From Candidatus Jordarchaeales archaeon (GTDB taxonomy: Archaea > Asgardarchaeota > Jordiarchaeia > Jordiarchaeales > Freyrarchaeaceae): 32,000 bases of DNA. The stretch covers positions 88,105 to 120,104 of the forward strand of contig JAWCFL010000003.1 in assembly GCA_038858525.1 (NCBI GenBank), written 5' to 3'. Positions within the stretch are counted from its first letter, which is position 1, and each line of letters starts with the position of its first letter. The notes under the pieces are model-generated. The model saw only the letters and a list, made by a program, of their open reading frames with translations, was not told where the DNA came from and did not search any database. Below, piece by piece: positions 21,212 through 30,955 of the stretch. The translations under genes were made by a program, and so were the position numbers.

Positions 21212-22222
21212 TTAAATGTTTAAATGAAGCTCGCGCCAGCGCTTGTAGTTACGTGGAAACTTAGGATATGTTATGAGCTTGGTCGCATTGAAAAAGCTGG
21301 CTATTTTTCTTATAGATTCAAATTCGTCTTCGTCGGTGAACGACCAATACATGAAGGAGATTCTCCTACGCCTAGCTGTTATGTTTCTGAGGAATAGAAG
21401 ACGTTGATTTAGAGCATTAAATTCTGGCGTGTCGACTTTAGGCAAAATCGGAGACCATGCATTAAGATTTATCAGGACGTGATTAGTTATGCCTGAAAGG
21501 GACTCTATTTCTTGTCCGAAATGCCTGTAAGCGCCATCCTGATAACCTGTTCCGGGATCAAGGTTTACTGTTGAAAGAACGTCAATACCTTTTCCCTTGA
21601 CGGTTTCGTGTATCTTTGATACTGCAGCGCTAATCTTTTCAGCACGCCATTTGAACCATTTAGAGAGAACTTCTGGGTCGTCGCGCAGAGATTCAAAGCC
21701 CGCTACGAAGTCGAGGCCTGCAACTTTCGCGAACTCGTTTTTGCACGTATTACAGAAGCAGTAGTTCTCGCGGACATATGAGAGCCCCTGAAGAATTATA
21801 CCTTTTATGGGAAAGTCTGACAACTCGTCCGCTATATTTGCCAAATAGCTCCAGAAAGCTTCTCTGTTTGGGCAAACAAATCCATCTGCAGCTACGCCAT
21901 CAGAATTATACGTTTTATAACTTGGGTCAACTGCATAATAATCATCGATAAACACGTTAATCACAGCATAAAGAGTGATCCCGGCTGCACCAGCAGCTTC
22001 GGCTATTGTTGAAAAGAAGTCTCCATACGTTTCATGTAGGGGAGCGTGTTTACTGTTGTAGAGGGCAAATCCACTCTCGTCTTTTGCAACTGCGGCAATT
22101 TGCCCCATGTAACCTCCGAAGTCAGCCATAAACTCATCAGCACTTTTCCCCAATGTATAGGGGTCTACAACTAAAAGCACGTTACGAGCCAAAAGGTCAC
22201 GTATCTCCATTATTAACACCAC
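21212..22222 (-). CDS. Glycoside hydrolase-like TIM barrel (GHL10/GHL6-like)
   Basis: FVCPNREAFWSYLANIADEL, GIIL...YCFCNTCKNEF, W..WRAEKI pattern. Confidence 0.65.
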   Translation of the reverse strand: MVLIMEIRDLLARNVLLVVDPYTLGKSADEFMADFGGYMGQIAAVAKDESGFALYNSKHAPLHETYGDFFSTIAEAAGAAGITLYAVINVFIDDYYAVDPSYKTYNSDGVAADGFVCPNREAFWSYLANIADELSDFPIKGIILQGLSYVRENYCFCNTCKNEFAKVAGLDFVAGFESLRDDPEVLSKWFKWRAEKISAAVSKIHETVKGKGIDVLSTVNLDPGTGYQDGAYRHFGQEIESLSGITNHVLINLNAWSPILPKVDTPEFNALNQRLLFLRNITARRRRISFMYWSFTDEDEFESIRKIASFFNATKLITYPKFPRNYKRWRELHLNI

Positions 22223-22340
22223 GAAACTTCTACTCTTAAAAAATTAGGGAGATAACCAAATAAAAAAGTTTACTCTAATAAAGTTAAAGTCAAATAACAG
22301 GTCAAAAGATAAAAATTAGATACCTCCTATTTATGAGGGT

Positions 22341-24962
22341 TCATATCCATGATTCTAAACGGGTTAACCCAACAATTTTATCAAACTCCAGCCCTAGTGC
22401 ATCTAAGACTTGTTCAAAGGTTGAACGGAGATATTCTTTGTATTTTTCGGTATCTATTTCCTCTTTCTTTGCCAATTCTACTGGTTTAACACCTTCTTTA
22501 CCTTTAACTTTGACGAATGAGATTATGTCACCGGGTTTAATCTCTTTCCCAAACGATGAAAGTTGCCTTGCGGCTTTAACGTGTTGCGGAGTGGTTTTTA
22601 CGTAACTTTTAAGAGACTTGGTTAACTGAACTCGAAATGCAAATTCTTCAAGGCTATATTCTTTTCTCTGAATTTTAAAGTAACATGTGCGCGCGATATC
22701 TTCGATCATCGTTTTTGCCTCGTTGAAGTCTTTTTCTGAGCGTACTTTGCTTAGAGCCTCAACCATTTTGAGAAACGCCTCTTGGATGAACTGCGGAGAG
22801 TTGCGCTTTCTTCCAGTAAGACCTTTGATATCTACTGACCCGTCTTCAAAAACACCCAAATAATTTTTCTTCCTTTCAGAGAAAGCGACGTAACGGTAAA
22901 CTTTATCTATATCTAGGTCTACACTTAGAGTTTTTTGAGCCCACCTGATTAGCTCCTCTATTTTTTCTTTTTGAGGGTTCTTTATAAATACGCTGTCTGT
23001 GTCTCCATAGATGATTTCTAGGGAAAGCTCCTGTGCTTTACTTATTGTTGTCTCGATAGTATATCTGCCTATAGCCGCAGTACTTTCCGCCACCGGTAAG
23101 CAATAGAAGGGGAAATGCTCTGCTCCAAAAACACCATAACTCGCGTTTATAAAGACTTTAAGTGCACGTTCAACGACCGAATACCATTTTCGCAACCCTT
23201 CACTTAAACTTTTATCTTTAGATTTTGGTTTGAACCACTTAACGCGTATGTCTCTTAAGAAGCCGATTATAAGGGAGCTCATACCCCGCCTCTTCGTACA
23301 AACCCAGTGGGTGGTTTCTGGAACAACGTTCACGCGGCACTCTTCATGTGGGCATCTTACGGTCTCATAGCTTAGATTATACTCTTTTATTATGCTAGGA
23401 TACAGGGAGGCGAAGTCTAACACTGCAACGTTGAAGTGTACTCCTGGTTTTGGCTTAACCACCTTTGCTCCCTTAAACTTTTTATCCTTAGTAATGGGTT
23501 TTGTATCGCTTACATTTTTCATTGATGCTATGTCCTCTGGTCTAGAGATTAGGTAACCTTTCGCTCTATGCTCGTAATAGAAGAGGCTTTTAATCCATGA
23601 GGATACGCCCTGCCTGACTAAGTCTTCCATGGATAAGCGCGAAATTCTCATTAGCAGAATTATTAGTTTCATCACTAAGTTATCGTCGAACCGTGTTAAC
23701 TCAAGAGTTATGTATGCGTCTTGCCAGCAGTATGCGGCTAGTTTAAGAAGCGGTAGCTGCGATAAATCCTCTTCAACTTCCATTTTTCCTATGTTTATAA
23801 GTGACTTGGAAATGGCATCCAACGTTTCTTCCTTATACTTGTTTGAAAAAGCGTAAACTTGGATTGAACGATTATGGAAAAACTTGTAAAGGTCAACGTG
23901 AACTCCGTAGTGAAGATAAGCAGCATCCTTAGTTAGGGTTATCGGAATCTCGTCTTTAGAAAAACCTAACTTTAAAGCTCTATGATAAAGATAGTTTAAG
24001 TCAAAATTATCGCCGTTGAACGTCAAAACTACGGGATATTTGTTAATCTCGGCAAATATCTTTCTTAAGAGGTCACACTCATTAGTGAAGTATTCTACAT
24101 TGAATTTACCAACTAGTTCGCTAGGCATTTCTCCTTCATCCATATCTTCCCTTTTTAAAATGAGGACAATAGATTTACCATCGTTTGACACTAAGGCGGC
24201 GCATATAACTTCGTTTTCCGCTGTTTCAGGATCAGGAATCCTGTCAATTACACTAGAAACTTCTATGTCCACAGCCACCCGCCTAATGTCTGGAACAGGA
24301 GCCATGAAAGATGGAAGGAAATCTGTTAGAATTTCCTGAAACTCCTCAGGTTCATCTCTAAATAGGTCCATAATTTCTTTTTCTTCCTTAAAATGGAGAG
24401 GGACAGGCTCTAAATTTCCTTCTTTGATTCTCCAAAACATGCCTGGAGTTAATCGCCTATCATAAGTGTAACAATGATGATAAGGTATTTTGTCCTCCCA
24501 CGTGTTAGCAACAATTTCTCTAATAGAAGAAGAGGTACCACCTATCGCTAACGGGTTGCTTCCGATTATCTTTGTCATTTTAATTTTTCTGTCATGAAGC
24601 AGGTCATACTTTTCTACAATTTCAAATCCAACCAGGCCATTGTGAGACATCAACCTTGGATTCTTCTTTAACTCTTCGGTACTCAAATCTGAAAGACAGT
24701 AAGGGCGATGCCCTGTATTATCATACCACCAGAAAAGCTTACCACTTTCAGGGTCATACAAGCGCACATAGGCACAATTTCGCTCACCGTCATAATCCAC
24801 TGAAAGAAGAAGGCATGCTCCAGTGTTCTCCGGCGCATATGAAGCACCAAATGCCACCCCAACAGTACAACCGGCTTTGCTATCAGCGTCGTTATTAATA
24901 TCTTCTTTTTTTTCTGTTTCACGAGACGAGATAAACTGAAGAAGTGTAGTTTCCTTATACAT
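22341..24962 (-). CDS. polB1: Family B DNA polymerase, PolB1 type
   Basis: LLSVDYDG...YDNTGHRPYC N-terminus characteristic of Dpo1-type enzymes; exonuclease VAVDIEV, TFNGDNFD, YCWQDA; polymerase LDFASLYPSII, KVFINASYGVFG, YGDTDS. Confidence 0.92.
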   Translation of the reverse strand: MYKETTLLQFISSRETEKKEDINNDADSKAGCTVGVAFGASYAPENTGACLLLSVDYDGERNCAYVRLYDPESGKLFWWYDNTGHRPYCLSDLSTEELKKNPRLMSHNGLVGFEIVEKYDLLHDRKIKMTKIIGSNPLAIGGTSSSIREIVANTWEDKIPYHHCYTYDRRLTPGMFWRIKEGNLEPVPLHFKEEKEIMDLFRDEPEEFQEILTDFLPSFMAPVPDIRRVAVDIEVSSVIDRIPDPETAENEVICAALVSNDGKSIVLILKREDMDEGEMPSELVGKFNVEYFTNECDLLRKIFAEINKYPVVLTFNGDNFDLNYLYHRALKLGFSKDEIPITLTKDAAYLHYGVHVDLYKFFHNRSIQVYAFSNKYKEETLDAISKSLINIGKMEVEEDLSQLPLLKLAAYCWQDAYITLELTRFDDNLVMKLIILLMRISRLSMEDLVRQGVSSWIKSLFYYEHRAKGYLISRPEDIASMKNVSDTKPITKDKKFKGAKVVKPKPGVHFNVAVLDFASLYPSIIKEYNLSYETVRCPHEECRVNVVPETTHWVCTKRRGMSSLIIGFLRDIRVKWFKPKSKDKSLSEGLRKWYSVVERALKVFINASYGVFGAEHFPFYCLPVAESTAAIGRYTIETTISKAQELSLEIIYGDTDSVFIKNPQKEKIEELIRWAQKTLSVDLDIDKVYRYVAFSERKKNYLGVFEDGSVDIKGLTGRKRNSPQFIQEAFLKMVEALSKVRSEKDFNEAKTMIEDIARTCYFKIQRKEYSLEEFAFRVQLTKSLKSYVKTTPQHVKAARQLSSFGKEIKPGDIISFVKVKGKEGVKPVELAKKEEIDTEKYKEYLRSTFEQVLDALGLEFDKIVGLTRLESWI

Positions 24963-25203
24963 TAAGGCTCCTCCCTAAAATTAAGGGAAAAGGGCCCCCT
25001 AAATAAGTTTATGTAACCGAAAATGCTGGTGGAATAGTGATTAGATTATTCAAAAAAGAAAAGTTATTATTGGGAGACGATTATTTTTTCTTTTCCGAAA
25101 AATAAAAGAGAATAAGTGTTTAAATACTGCGAAAGAAAAAGAGTTACTTGTAAAAAGAGAGTTAACAAAGACATCAGCTTATATAAAAAGGGAGGGAGAA
25201 TCT

Positions 25204-26403
25204 ATGAGTTCTTTTAATTGGAAAATTCTTTTTAATGAAACTCAGAAAGAAAGGGGACGTTTAGCATTAAACTATCGTGGACTTAAGGGCCTACTGGAAG
25301 AAGCGGGATTCCAATGCATTAGACTGGTGGATTCTCCTATAACTGAAGATAAACTTGAAAAATTCGATATATTCGTAATTCCATGCCCAGACCAGTCCAA
25401 GTTTAACCCGTCAGAAATAGATGTGATAGTGAATTTCGTATCTCGTGGAGGCGGCCTTTTAATCATGAGCCATGCAGGAGGAGACCCTGGGTTAAGAACC
25501 AACCTGAATTCTATAGCGGAAAAGTTCGGAATATCTTTCCAAAACAATCAGGTTACAGACGAAAGACAGAATTTCGTCCATAGTAATATGCCTAAGATTA
25601 CACGTTTTTCAAGCCACCCAATTACGCAGGGAATTAATGAAATATGTTATCCTGCAGGTTGTAGTTTAAAGATCGTTGGTGGAAACGCTGAAGGAGTAGC
25701 CTTTGCAAGTAAAACTGCAGAACCTCCGGAAGCGATAGTTGCTGCTACCGCTGAGTTTGGAGCGGGCAAAGTTGTGGCTTTAGGTTCATATGAAATCTTC
25801 AGAGACAGAACAGCTGGCGGATTAAACACAGCTCAGAACGCATCTTTCGCTTTAAACATTTTTAACTGGCTTAAAGAGAAGAAAATAGTTCATAAGGCTT
25901 CGCCTTTAAGAGAAACGAAAGAGGAGAGAGTTGCTATCACTTATGAGACGCCTGCAATTGCTTCGCTTGACAAGGAAACAATTACGGAGACGCCTGGAAT
26001 TACCGCGTACACCCCTCAGCTCGATAAGATTTTAATGGAGGTCACTAATTTACGAAAACGCTTTGATTCGTTCGTGAATGAGTTTAGAACGTTTGCTGCA
26101 AGAATGCTGTCCCAGAAAGGAGGGCCATCAATCGTCACGAGAATACCAACCGAGACACAAAAGGAGCAACTACCTCCGATGATGGTCGAAGAAATAGAAG
26201 AACTTGAGGGCAGGCTTAAGTCTCTTAAAGATCAACTTGAATACATCACAATGAGGTATCAAGCAGGAGCTATAGAAAAAGCAGAGTACGCTGTTCAACG
26301 TTCAAAGTTGCGTGGAGAAATACGCACAATAATCGGAAAAATAAAGGCGCTAAAAGAGAAAGCAGGTATACCTTATGAAGAATATGAAATAGAGGAAGAG
26401 TGA
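25204..26403 (+). CDS. GIFT (GldG/IFT52-like) domain protein with C-terminal steadiness-box-like hairpin
   Basis: ILFNETQKE, ITEDKLEKFDIFVIPCP, FNPSEIDVIVNFVSRGGGLLIM, TNLNSIAEKFGISF, YPAGCSL, GKVVALGS, NIFNWL; C-terminal YQAGAIEKAEY hairpin. Confidence 0.75.
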   Translation: MSSFNWKILFNETQKERGRLALNYRGLKGLLEEAGFQCIRLVDSPITEDKLEKFDIFVIPCPDQSKFNPSEIDVIVNFVSRGGGLLIMSHAGGDPGLRTNLNSIAEKFGISFQNNQVTDERQNFVHSNMPKITRFSSHPITQGINEICYPAGCSLKIVGGNAEGVAFASKTAEPPEAIVAATAEFGAGKVVALGSYEIFRDRTAGGLNTAQNASFALNIFNWLKEKKIVHKASPLRETKEERVAITYETPAIASLDKETITETPGITAYTPQLDKILMEVTNLRKRFDSFVNEFRTFAARMLSQKGGPSIVTRIPTETQKEQLPPMMVEEIEELEGRLKSLKDQLEYITMRYQAGAIEKAEYAVQRSKLRGEIRTIIGKIKALKEKAGIPYEEYEIEEE

Positions 26404-26520
26404 GAACATTTTAGTCTCGTTTTAATTTTACCTTTATTTATCTAAAAAGGTCAGACGACTTTAAAGCAACAGAAATATTTTCAGAAATAACTTTTGGAAA
26501 GAGGCTCTGGATGAGGTAAG

Positions 26521-27111
26521 TCAATGCTTTCCTTTTTTTAACATTTCTCTTCGTTCTATTTCTTCCACTTTTTTTCGTATCCAAGAATTAAGAATCGATT
26601 TTGCTTCAGGCATCATTACTTTTACTTTGTCAAATAACCCTACTATGAAGGAAATTATTTCGTCTACTCTCCACCGGTCTTCATGTGTGAAGAGAAAGCC
26701 GACATCATATTCTTCCTCTGGCTCGATAACATTAAGTTTCTTCCTAGAAAGCTCACGCACTAATTTCCTGATTAAGTATTTTTCGACCTCATCGTGCTTT
26801 TCGAATTTAAGAGAAATTGTAGAGCTGTTAATCGTTTTCCGCCCTTTTCCAAGTTTGCTTTCAACTTCTTGATAATTTGCACTGCTACATCGGTCTTCAC
26901 ATAAAATGCATGGAATGTCAACACCCCTTCCAGGGCATGTATGAGGCTCGAGGTCTAGGAGGAAACGGAGAGCATCGGCCAGCTCTTCCAATTCGAGAAC
27001 AGTTATTTCTTCCATTTCATCGAAATTTTCATGGAGAAATGATGAGTCTAAATCATCTTTTACACCAAATCTAAACTCTCTTTTTTCCTCGTCAAAGCTC
27101 AAAATAACCAC
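26521..27111 (-). CDS. Hypothetical protein with a four-Cys cluster
   Basis: 196-codon ORF with GAGGTGG RBS upstream; TCPGRGVDIPCILCEDRC motif. Confidence 0.6.
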   Translation of the reverse strand: MVILSFDEEKREFRFGVKDDLDSSFLHENFDEMEEITVLELEELADALRFLLDLEPHTCPGRGVDIPCILCEDRCSSANYQEVESKLGKGRKTINSSTISLKFEKHDEVEKYLIRKLVRELSRKKLNVIEPEEEYDVGFLFTHEDRWRVDEIISFIVGLFDKVKVMMPEAKSILNSWIRKKVEEIERREMLKKGKH

Positions 27112-27298
27112 CTCAACACTAGTAAGAAAACTCCCTTCCCCATAGGAGACTAATTACCAGAAACACTTTTATTTTTTCTTCTTACATCTAGAAAAAAGAG
27201 TGATCATAAACAATTATTACTTAAAGAGCGCGAAGTAACTCAAATTTGGGGGTTTTCCAAAAAACGCATGGTCCCTTGAGAGGAGCGTATAAAAAATT

Positions 27299-28081
27299 AT
27301 GCAGATGGAGAAAGTAATGATTTTACATGTTCCAAGGTTTATGAATGCCAGCAGGCTGGCGGGAAAACGCATCCTTAATGTATATTTCGATGCATTCTTT
27401 CTTCCTCTACCGGAGGAAATGAATGAAGCTATGAGAAGCTTTTTGTTAAACGAAATAGAGGAGGACGAGATATGGAATGAATACAGAATCTTGACAGGGG
27501 CAAATGAACCAATGACGCGTTTCTTGAAGAACTTCTTTTCACCTATTATTAACTCTCTTAAAGTAAAGTTTGGACAAAATGAATTTGACATTTACTGTTA
27601 TCATAACGCAACTACACATGCTGAAAACGCCAATCTTTCGGAGGAGCAACTACTCCTTGAATTTAGATGTAAAGCAACCGGGAAGCTCTTTTTGGATGAA
27701 TGGAGACAACTGCTCAAAAAGCTTGTTGGAGAAAGCGAAGAGAACTATTATAGGAAGTTGCTAATCTTGCTCAGCAGGCATTACGAGCCAGTTATCTTAA
27801 CGTATGACGCCAGCGTCAGATTCTTGAAGGAAAAATTGAGTGATTGGAGAGTCAAAGTCGAGTATACTTATTATTATTGGCGTTCACCCATGGAACAGTT
27901 ACTAGTTTACAGCATGATTCACGGAGTTGACGGTATAACGAAGGAAGACTTCGAAAAAGCCGTAAAGCAACAAATAGATTACCTCGATTTTATTTTAGCA
28001 GAGAAAAACATTGACATAGCCCACGAAAAATGGGCTGAAAAAGCTTCTAAGAGTTTAGTAAGGAGAAGGTATTTACGTTGA
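27299..28081 (+). CDS. Hypothetical protein
   Basis: 260-codon ORF co-oriented with fae-hps; no family recognised. Confidence 0.65.
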   Translation: MQMEKVMILHVPRFMNASRLAGKRILNVYFDAFFLPLPEEMNEAMRSFLLNEIEEDEIWNEYRILTGANEPMTRFLKNFFSPIINSLKVKFGQNEFDIYCYHNATTHAENANLSEEQLLLEFRCKATGKLFLDEWRQLLKKLVGESEENYYRKLLILLSRHYEPVILTYDASVRFLKEKLSDWRVKVEYTYYYWRSPMEQLLVYSMIHGVDGITKEDFEKAVKQQIDYLDFILAEKNIDIAHEKWAEKASKSLVRRRYLR

Positions 28082-28141
28082 TGGACGCTCAGAAAGTTTA
28101 AATCGATAATTAAACATATGGGAACATCCCAAGGAGGAGTC

Positions 28142-29353
28142 ATGATGGAGTTTTACATAGGTGAAGCGTTAGTCGGTAAGGGCGCGGAAGTGGCGCATGT
28201 GGATTTAATCATTGGGGACAAGCTTGGACCTGTCGGGTTGGCATTTGCTCAAGGGTTAACGCACATGTCTCAGGGCCACACGCCGCTTTTAGGTGTGATC
28301 AGACCGAACTTGCCGCCTAAACCACATGTACTGATAATTCCAAAGGTGACTGTTAAAAACATGGAGCAGGCAAATAAAATATTCGGCCCAGCTCAGTCTG
28401 CTGTAGCTAAAGCTGTAGCTGATGCTGTAGAGGAAGGAATTATTCCAGCGGATAAAGTTGACGATTGGGTTATAGTAGCAAGCGTTTTCGTTCATCCGGA
28501 TGCTAAAGATTACAGGAAAATATATCATTACAATTATAGTGCAACAAAGCTTGCCCTGAGACGAGCGTTACAGGCATACCCACCGTTGGAAAAGGTGATG
28601 TACGATAAAGATAGGGCGGTGCATCCAATAATGGGATTTAAAGTTCCTCGGCTGTGGCGGCCGCCTTACCTACAAATTGCACTTGACAATCCATCATTGG
28701 AGCAAGCGCTCCGAGTTGTTAGTGAGTTACCCAAGAGTGATATGATAATACTTGAGGCAGGTACTCCCTTGATAAAGAGGCATGGAGTGAGTGCCGTTAG
28801 CAAACTTAGGGAGGTCGCTCCAGACACGTTTATAGTGGCTGACTTGAAAACACTGGATACTGCTCAGGTAGAAGTCGACTTGGCTTATGAAGAAACCGCT
28901 GATGGAGTAGTAGCTTCAGGGCTTGCTTCAAAAGAATCCATCGATAAGTTCATCTATGAGGCAAAACGACTAGGAATTTACGCGTTCTTAGATATGATGG
29001 ATGTCCCAGACCCTATAGAGAAACTAAAATCACTTAAAGAACTTCCCGATGTTCTAATAATTCACAGAGCAATTGATACTGAGTCATCAGGAAGAAGGTC
29101 GAGATGGGAGTTAATAAATGAAATCAATAACGCTTTTAAAGGCAAAAAAATGCTTTTCGCTGTCGCAGGGGGTATAGTGCCGGAAACAGCCGATGAGGCA
29201 CTTGATTCAGGGGCACATATACTTATCGTTGGGAGATATATAACACAGTCCAAGGACGTCAAGAGGTCTGTTAGAGAATTCCTTGAAATACTTAAGAAAC
29301 GGATCCCAGGAGAACCAGGCGACGTGGACCTGCTGAGAATTCACGTCGAATGA
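28142..29353 (+). CDS. fae-hps: Bifunctional formaldehyde-activating enzyme / 3-hexulose-6-phosphate synthase
   Basis: Fae: IGEALVG..AEVAHVDLIIG, GHTPLLGVIRPNLPPKP, YNYSATKLA. HPS: LQIALD, EAGTPLIKRHG, VADLKTLDT, HRAID, AVAGG, LIVGRYIT. ATG 28142 after GGAGG. Confidence 0.93.
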   Translation: MMEFYIGEALVGKGAEVAHVDLIIGDKLGPVGLAFAQGLTHMSQGHTPLLGVIRPNLPPKPHVLIIPKVTVKNMEQANKIFGPAQSAVAKAVADAVEEGIIPADKVDDWVIVASVFVHPDAKDYRKIYHYNYSATKLALRRALQAYPPLEKVMYDKDRAVHPIMGFKVPRLWRPPYLQIALDNPSLEQALRVVSELPKSDMIILEAGTPLIKRHGVSAVSKLREVAPDTFIVADLKTLDTAQVEVDLAYEETADGVVASGLASKESIDKFIYEAKRLGIYAFLDMMDVPDPIEKLKSLKELPDVLIIHRAIDTESSGRRSRWELINEINNAFKGKKMLFAVAGGIVPETADEALDSGAHILIVGRYITQSKDVKRSVREFLEILKKRIPGEPGDVDLLRIHVE

Positions 29354-29363
29354 CGGGGGGAAT

Positions 29364-29522
29364 TTATCTGCTTGGAAACTCATATTTACATCTTGGACAG
29401 CGAATAAAGCCGCAGTCTCCCAAGGCAGAAGCAGAACACCCACCACAAGCGAAAACACGAGAGTAGCTTACATCGAAGGAGAAACCGCATTTGGGGCAAG
29501 TGATTAATTTTGAGGCAACCAT
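29364..29522 (-). CDS. Small 52-aa Cys-rich (CPxCG) metal-binding protein, below ORF-track cutoff
   Basis: GGAGG RBS, then MVASKLITCPKCGFSFDVSYSRVFACGGCSASALGDCGFIRCPRCKYEFPSR; seven Cys. Confidence 0.85.
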   Translation of the reverse strand: MVASKLITCPKCGFSFDVSYSRVFACGGCSASALGDCGFIRCPRCKYEFPSR

Positions 29523-29668
29523 ATCAAAACCTCCTTTGAAACCTTTATTCAGGGAAACTTAAAAGGAACACCAAAACCTAAAATTTTGCCTCCTTTTTCC
29601 AGGAGACTGTTGAGACTCGTATATTTAAAAAGGTTTACTTGCCAGATGACAATAAAGAAAGAGAGAAG

Positions 29669-30793
29669 CTATGTGATGCCTACCTTTTTTATGGCTTCTT
29701 CATAATAACCAGTAATTATTTTCACGTATTTGCCTGTAAATTTAGCGTCTAGCTCTGGATCTCCCGTATCGACTCTAAGGAAGGGAAGGGATGAAAGTTT
29801 GTGCGGCGTTGCTACGATAATTACATTATTAATGCCTACTTTCCTTATAACCTCACTACTTATTTGCTGATTCCCTCTTCCAAAAATGAAGCCTTGTCTT
29901 CCAATCGGGGAAACTATTATTTTTACTTCTTTTTCAAATGAGAGAGCTTTGAGTATTTCTTCTTCTCCTGCATCCTTAACGACAAGTTTACCGTTCTTAA
30001 TTAAATCTACACCTAAAGGTGTTTTCTCAACACCCAAAACTTCTGCTATCGTCTTGCAGGTTGAACCCGGCCCTAGGATGTAGAGAACACCCGGCTTGAC
30101 AAGTTCTTTAAAATACTCTGCTATGGCTAGCTGAGCATCTCTTTCGTATTGAGCTGAGCTCATCATTTTTGCGCCCTGAAGAAGAAGTGGCTCATAGGGG
30201 GTTAGCGCATACCCCTTGAGAGTAACCGCTATTTCTCCCCTTCTAAAGGCATCCTCATCAACATCCAAGACCTCGGCCTCCTTTAGTGGTAACTCTTCCC
30301 AAAGGAAGCGCATAGCGATTTGCCCAGCCGATTCCGGCGTGTCAGCGAATGTAGCAGACCATATTTTAACACCTGAAGGAATTCCTAGGATAGGTACGTC
30401 TTGCCCTACAGCGCTAAGCAAATCCACCGTTGTACCATCGCCTCCAGCGTAAAGTATGAGAGAAACGTTCTCCTTAACCATAAGCTTTGCGGCACGTATA
30501 GTGTCATTGGGAGTGGTTGGCTCAGAAAGATTTAAAGGCAATACTCTAGTCTTGAAGCCGTATTTCTCAGCAATAGTGGCGCCCATAATGCCTGGAGGGC
30601 ACACTAAGCGTATTGCGTGCCTCACAGGATAGAGAATTTTCAGGGCGTTTTTAGCTCGCTCAGGAGAAACAAGCTTTGCTCCTCGTCTCAGGGCGAGCGC
30701 CACTAGTGTCGGGTCATCTGATCCCTTAAAGGCATAACGTCCTCCAATTCCAGCGATGGGATTAACAATGAAGCCCAACAGTTTTTCGTTCAA
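29669..30793 (-). CDS. ATP-NAD/AcoX kinase family protein
   Basis: LGFIVNPIAGIGG...FKGSD, AGGDGT, GIPSGVKIWS, GPGST, PIGRQGFIFGRGNQQIS, LRVDTGD; TTG 30793 follows GGAGG. Confidence 0.9.
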   Translation of the reverse strand: MNEKLLGFIVNPIAGIGGRYAFKGSDDPTLVALALRRGAKLVSPERAKNALKILYPVRHAIRLVCPPGIMGATIAEKYGFKTRVLPLNLSEPTTPNDTIRAAKLMVKENVSLILYAGGDGTTVDLLSAVGQDVPILGIPSGVKIWSATFADTPESAGQIAMRFLWEELPLKEAEVLDVDEDAFRRGEIAVTLKGYALTPYEPLLLQGAKMMSSAQYERDAQLAIAEYFKELVKPGVLYILGPGSTCKTIAEVLGVEKTPLGVDLIKNGKLVVKDAGEEEILKALSFEKEVKIIVSPIGRQGFIFGRGNQQISSEVIRKVGINNVIIVATPHKLSSLPFLRVDTGDPELDAKFTGKYVKIITGYYEEAIKKVGIT

Positions 30794-30930
30794 AGCCGCT
30801 CCTCCATGTCTGGACAAGCTGAGCTTTCAATTTTAAAAAGCTTTTTAGGGGGAAACTTAATTACGTCTACTTTAAGAAAAAAAATCGAAAATCTTCAAGT
30901 TTTTGGAAAAAGGTTAAAATGCTGGGAAAG

Positions 30931-30951
30931 TTTCTCCACCAAGTGGAGAAA
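30931..30951. promoter_or_regulatory. Perfect 9-bp inverted repeat just upstream of the last ORF
   Basis: TTTCTCCAC-caa-GTGGAGAAA, 4 nt before ATG 30956. Confidence 0.5.
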
Positions 30952-30955
30952 GAGC

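Noticed and set aside
30834-30847. 14-bp palindrome TAAAAAGCTTTTTA
   Set aside because: Low-complexity A/T runs; weak evidence for a specific operator.
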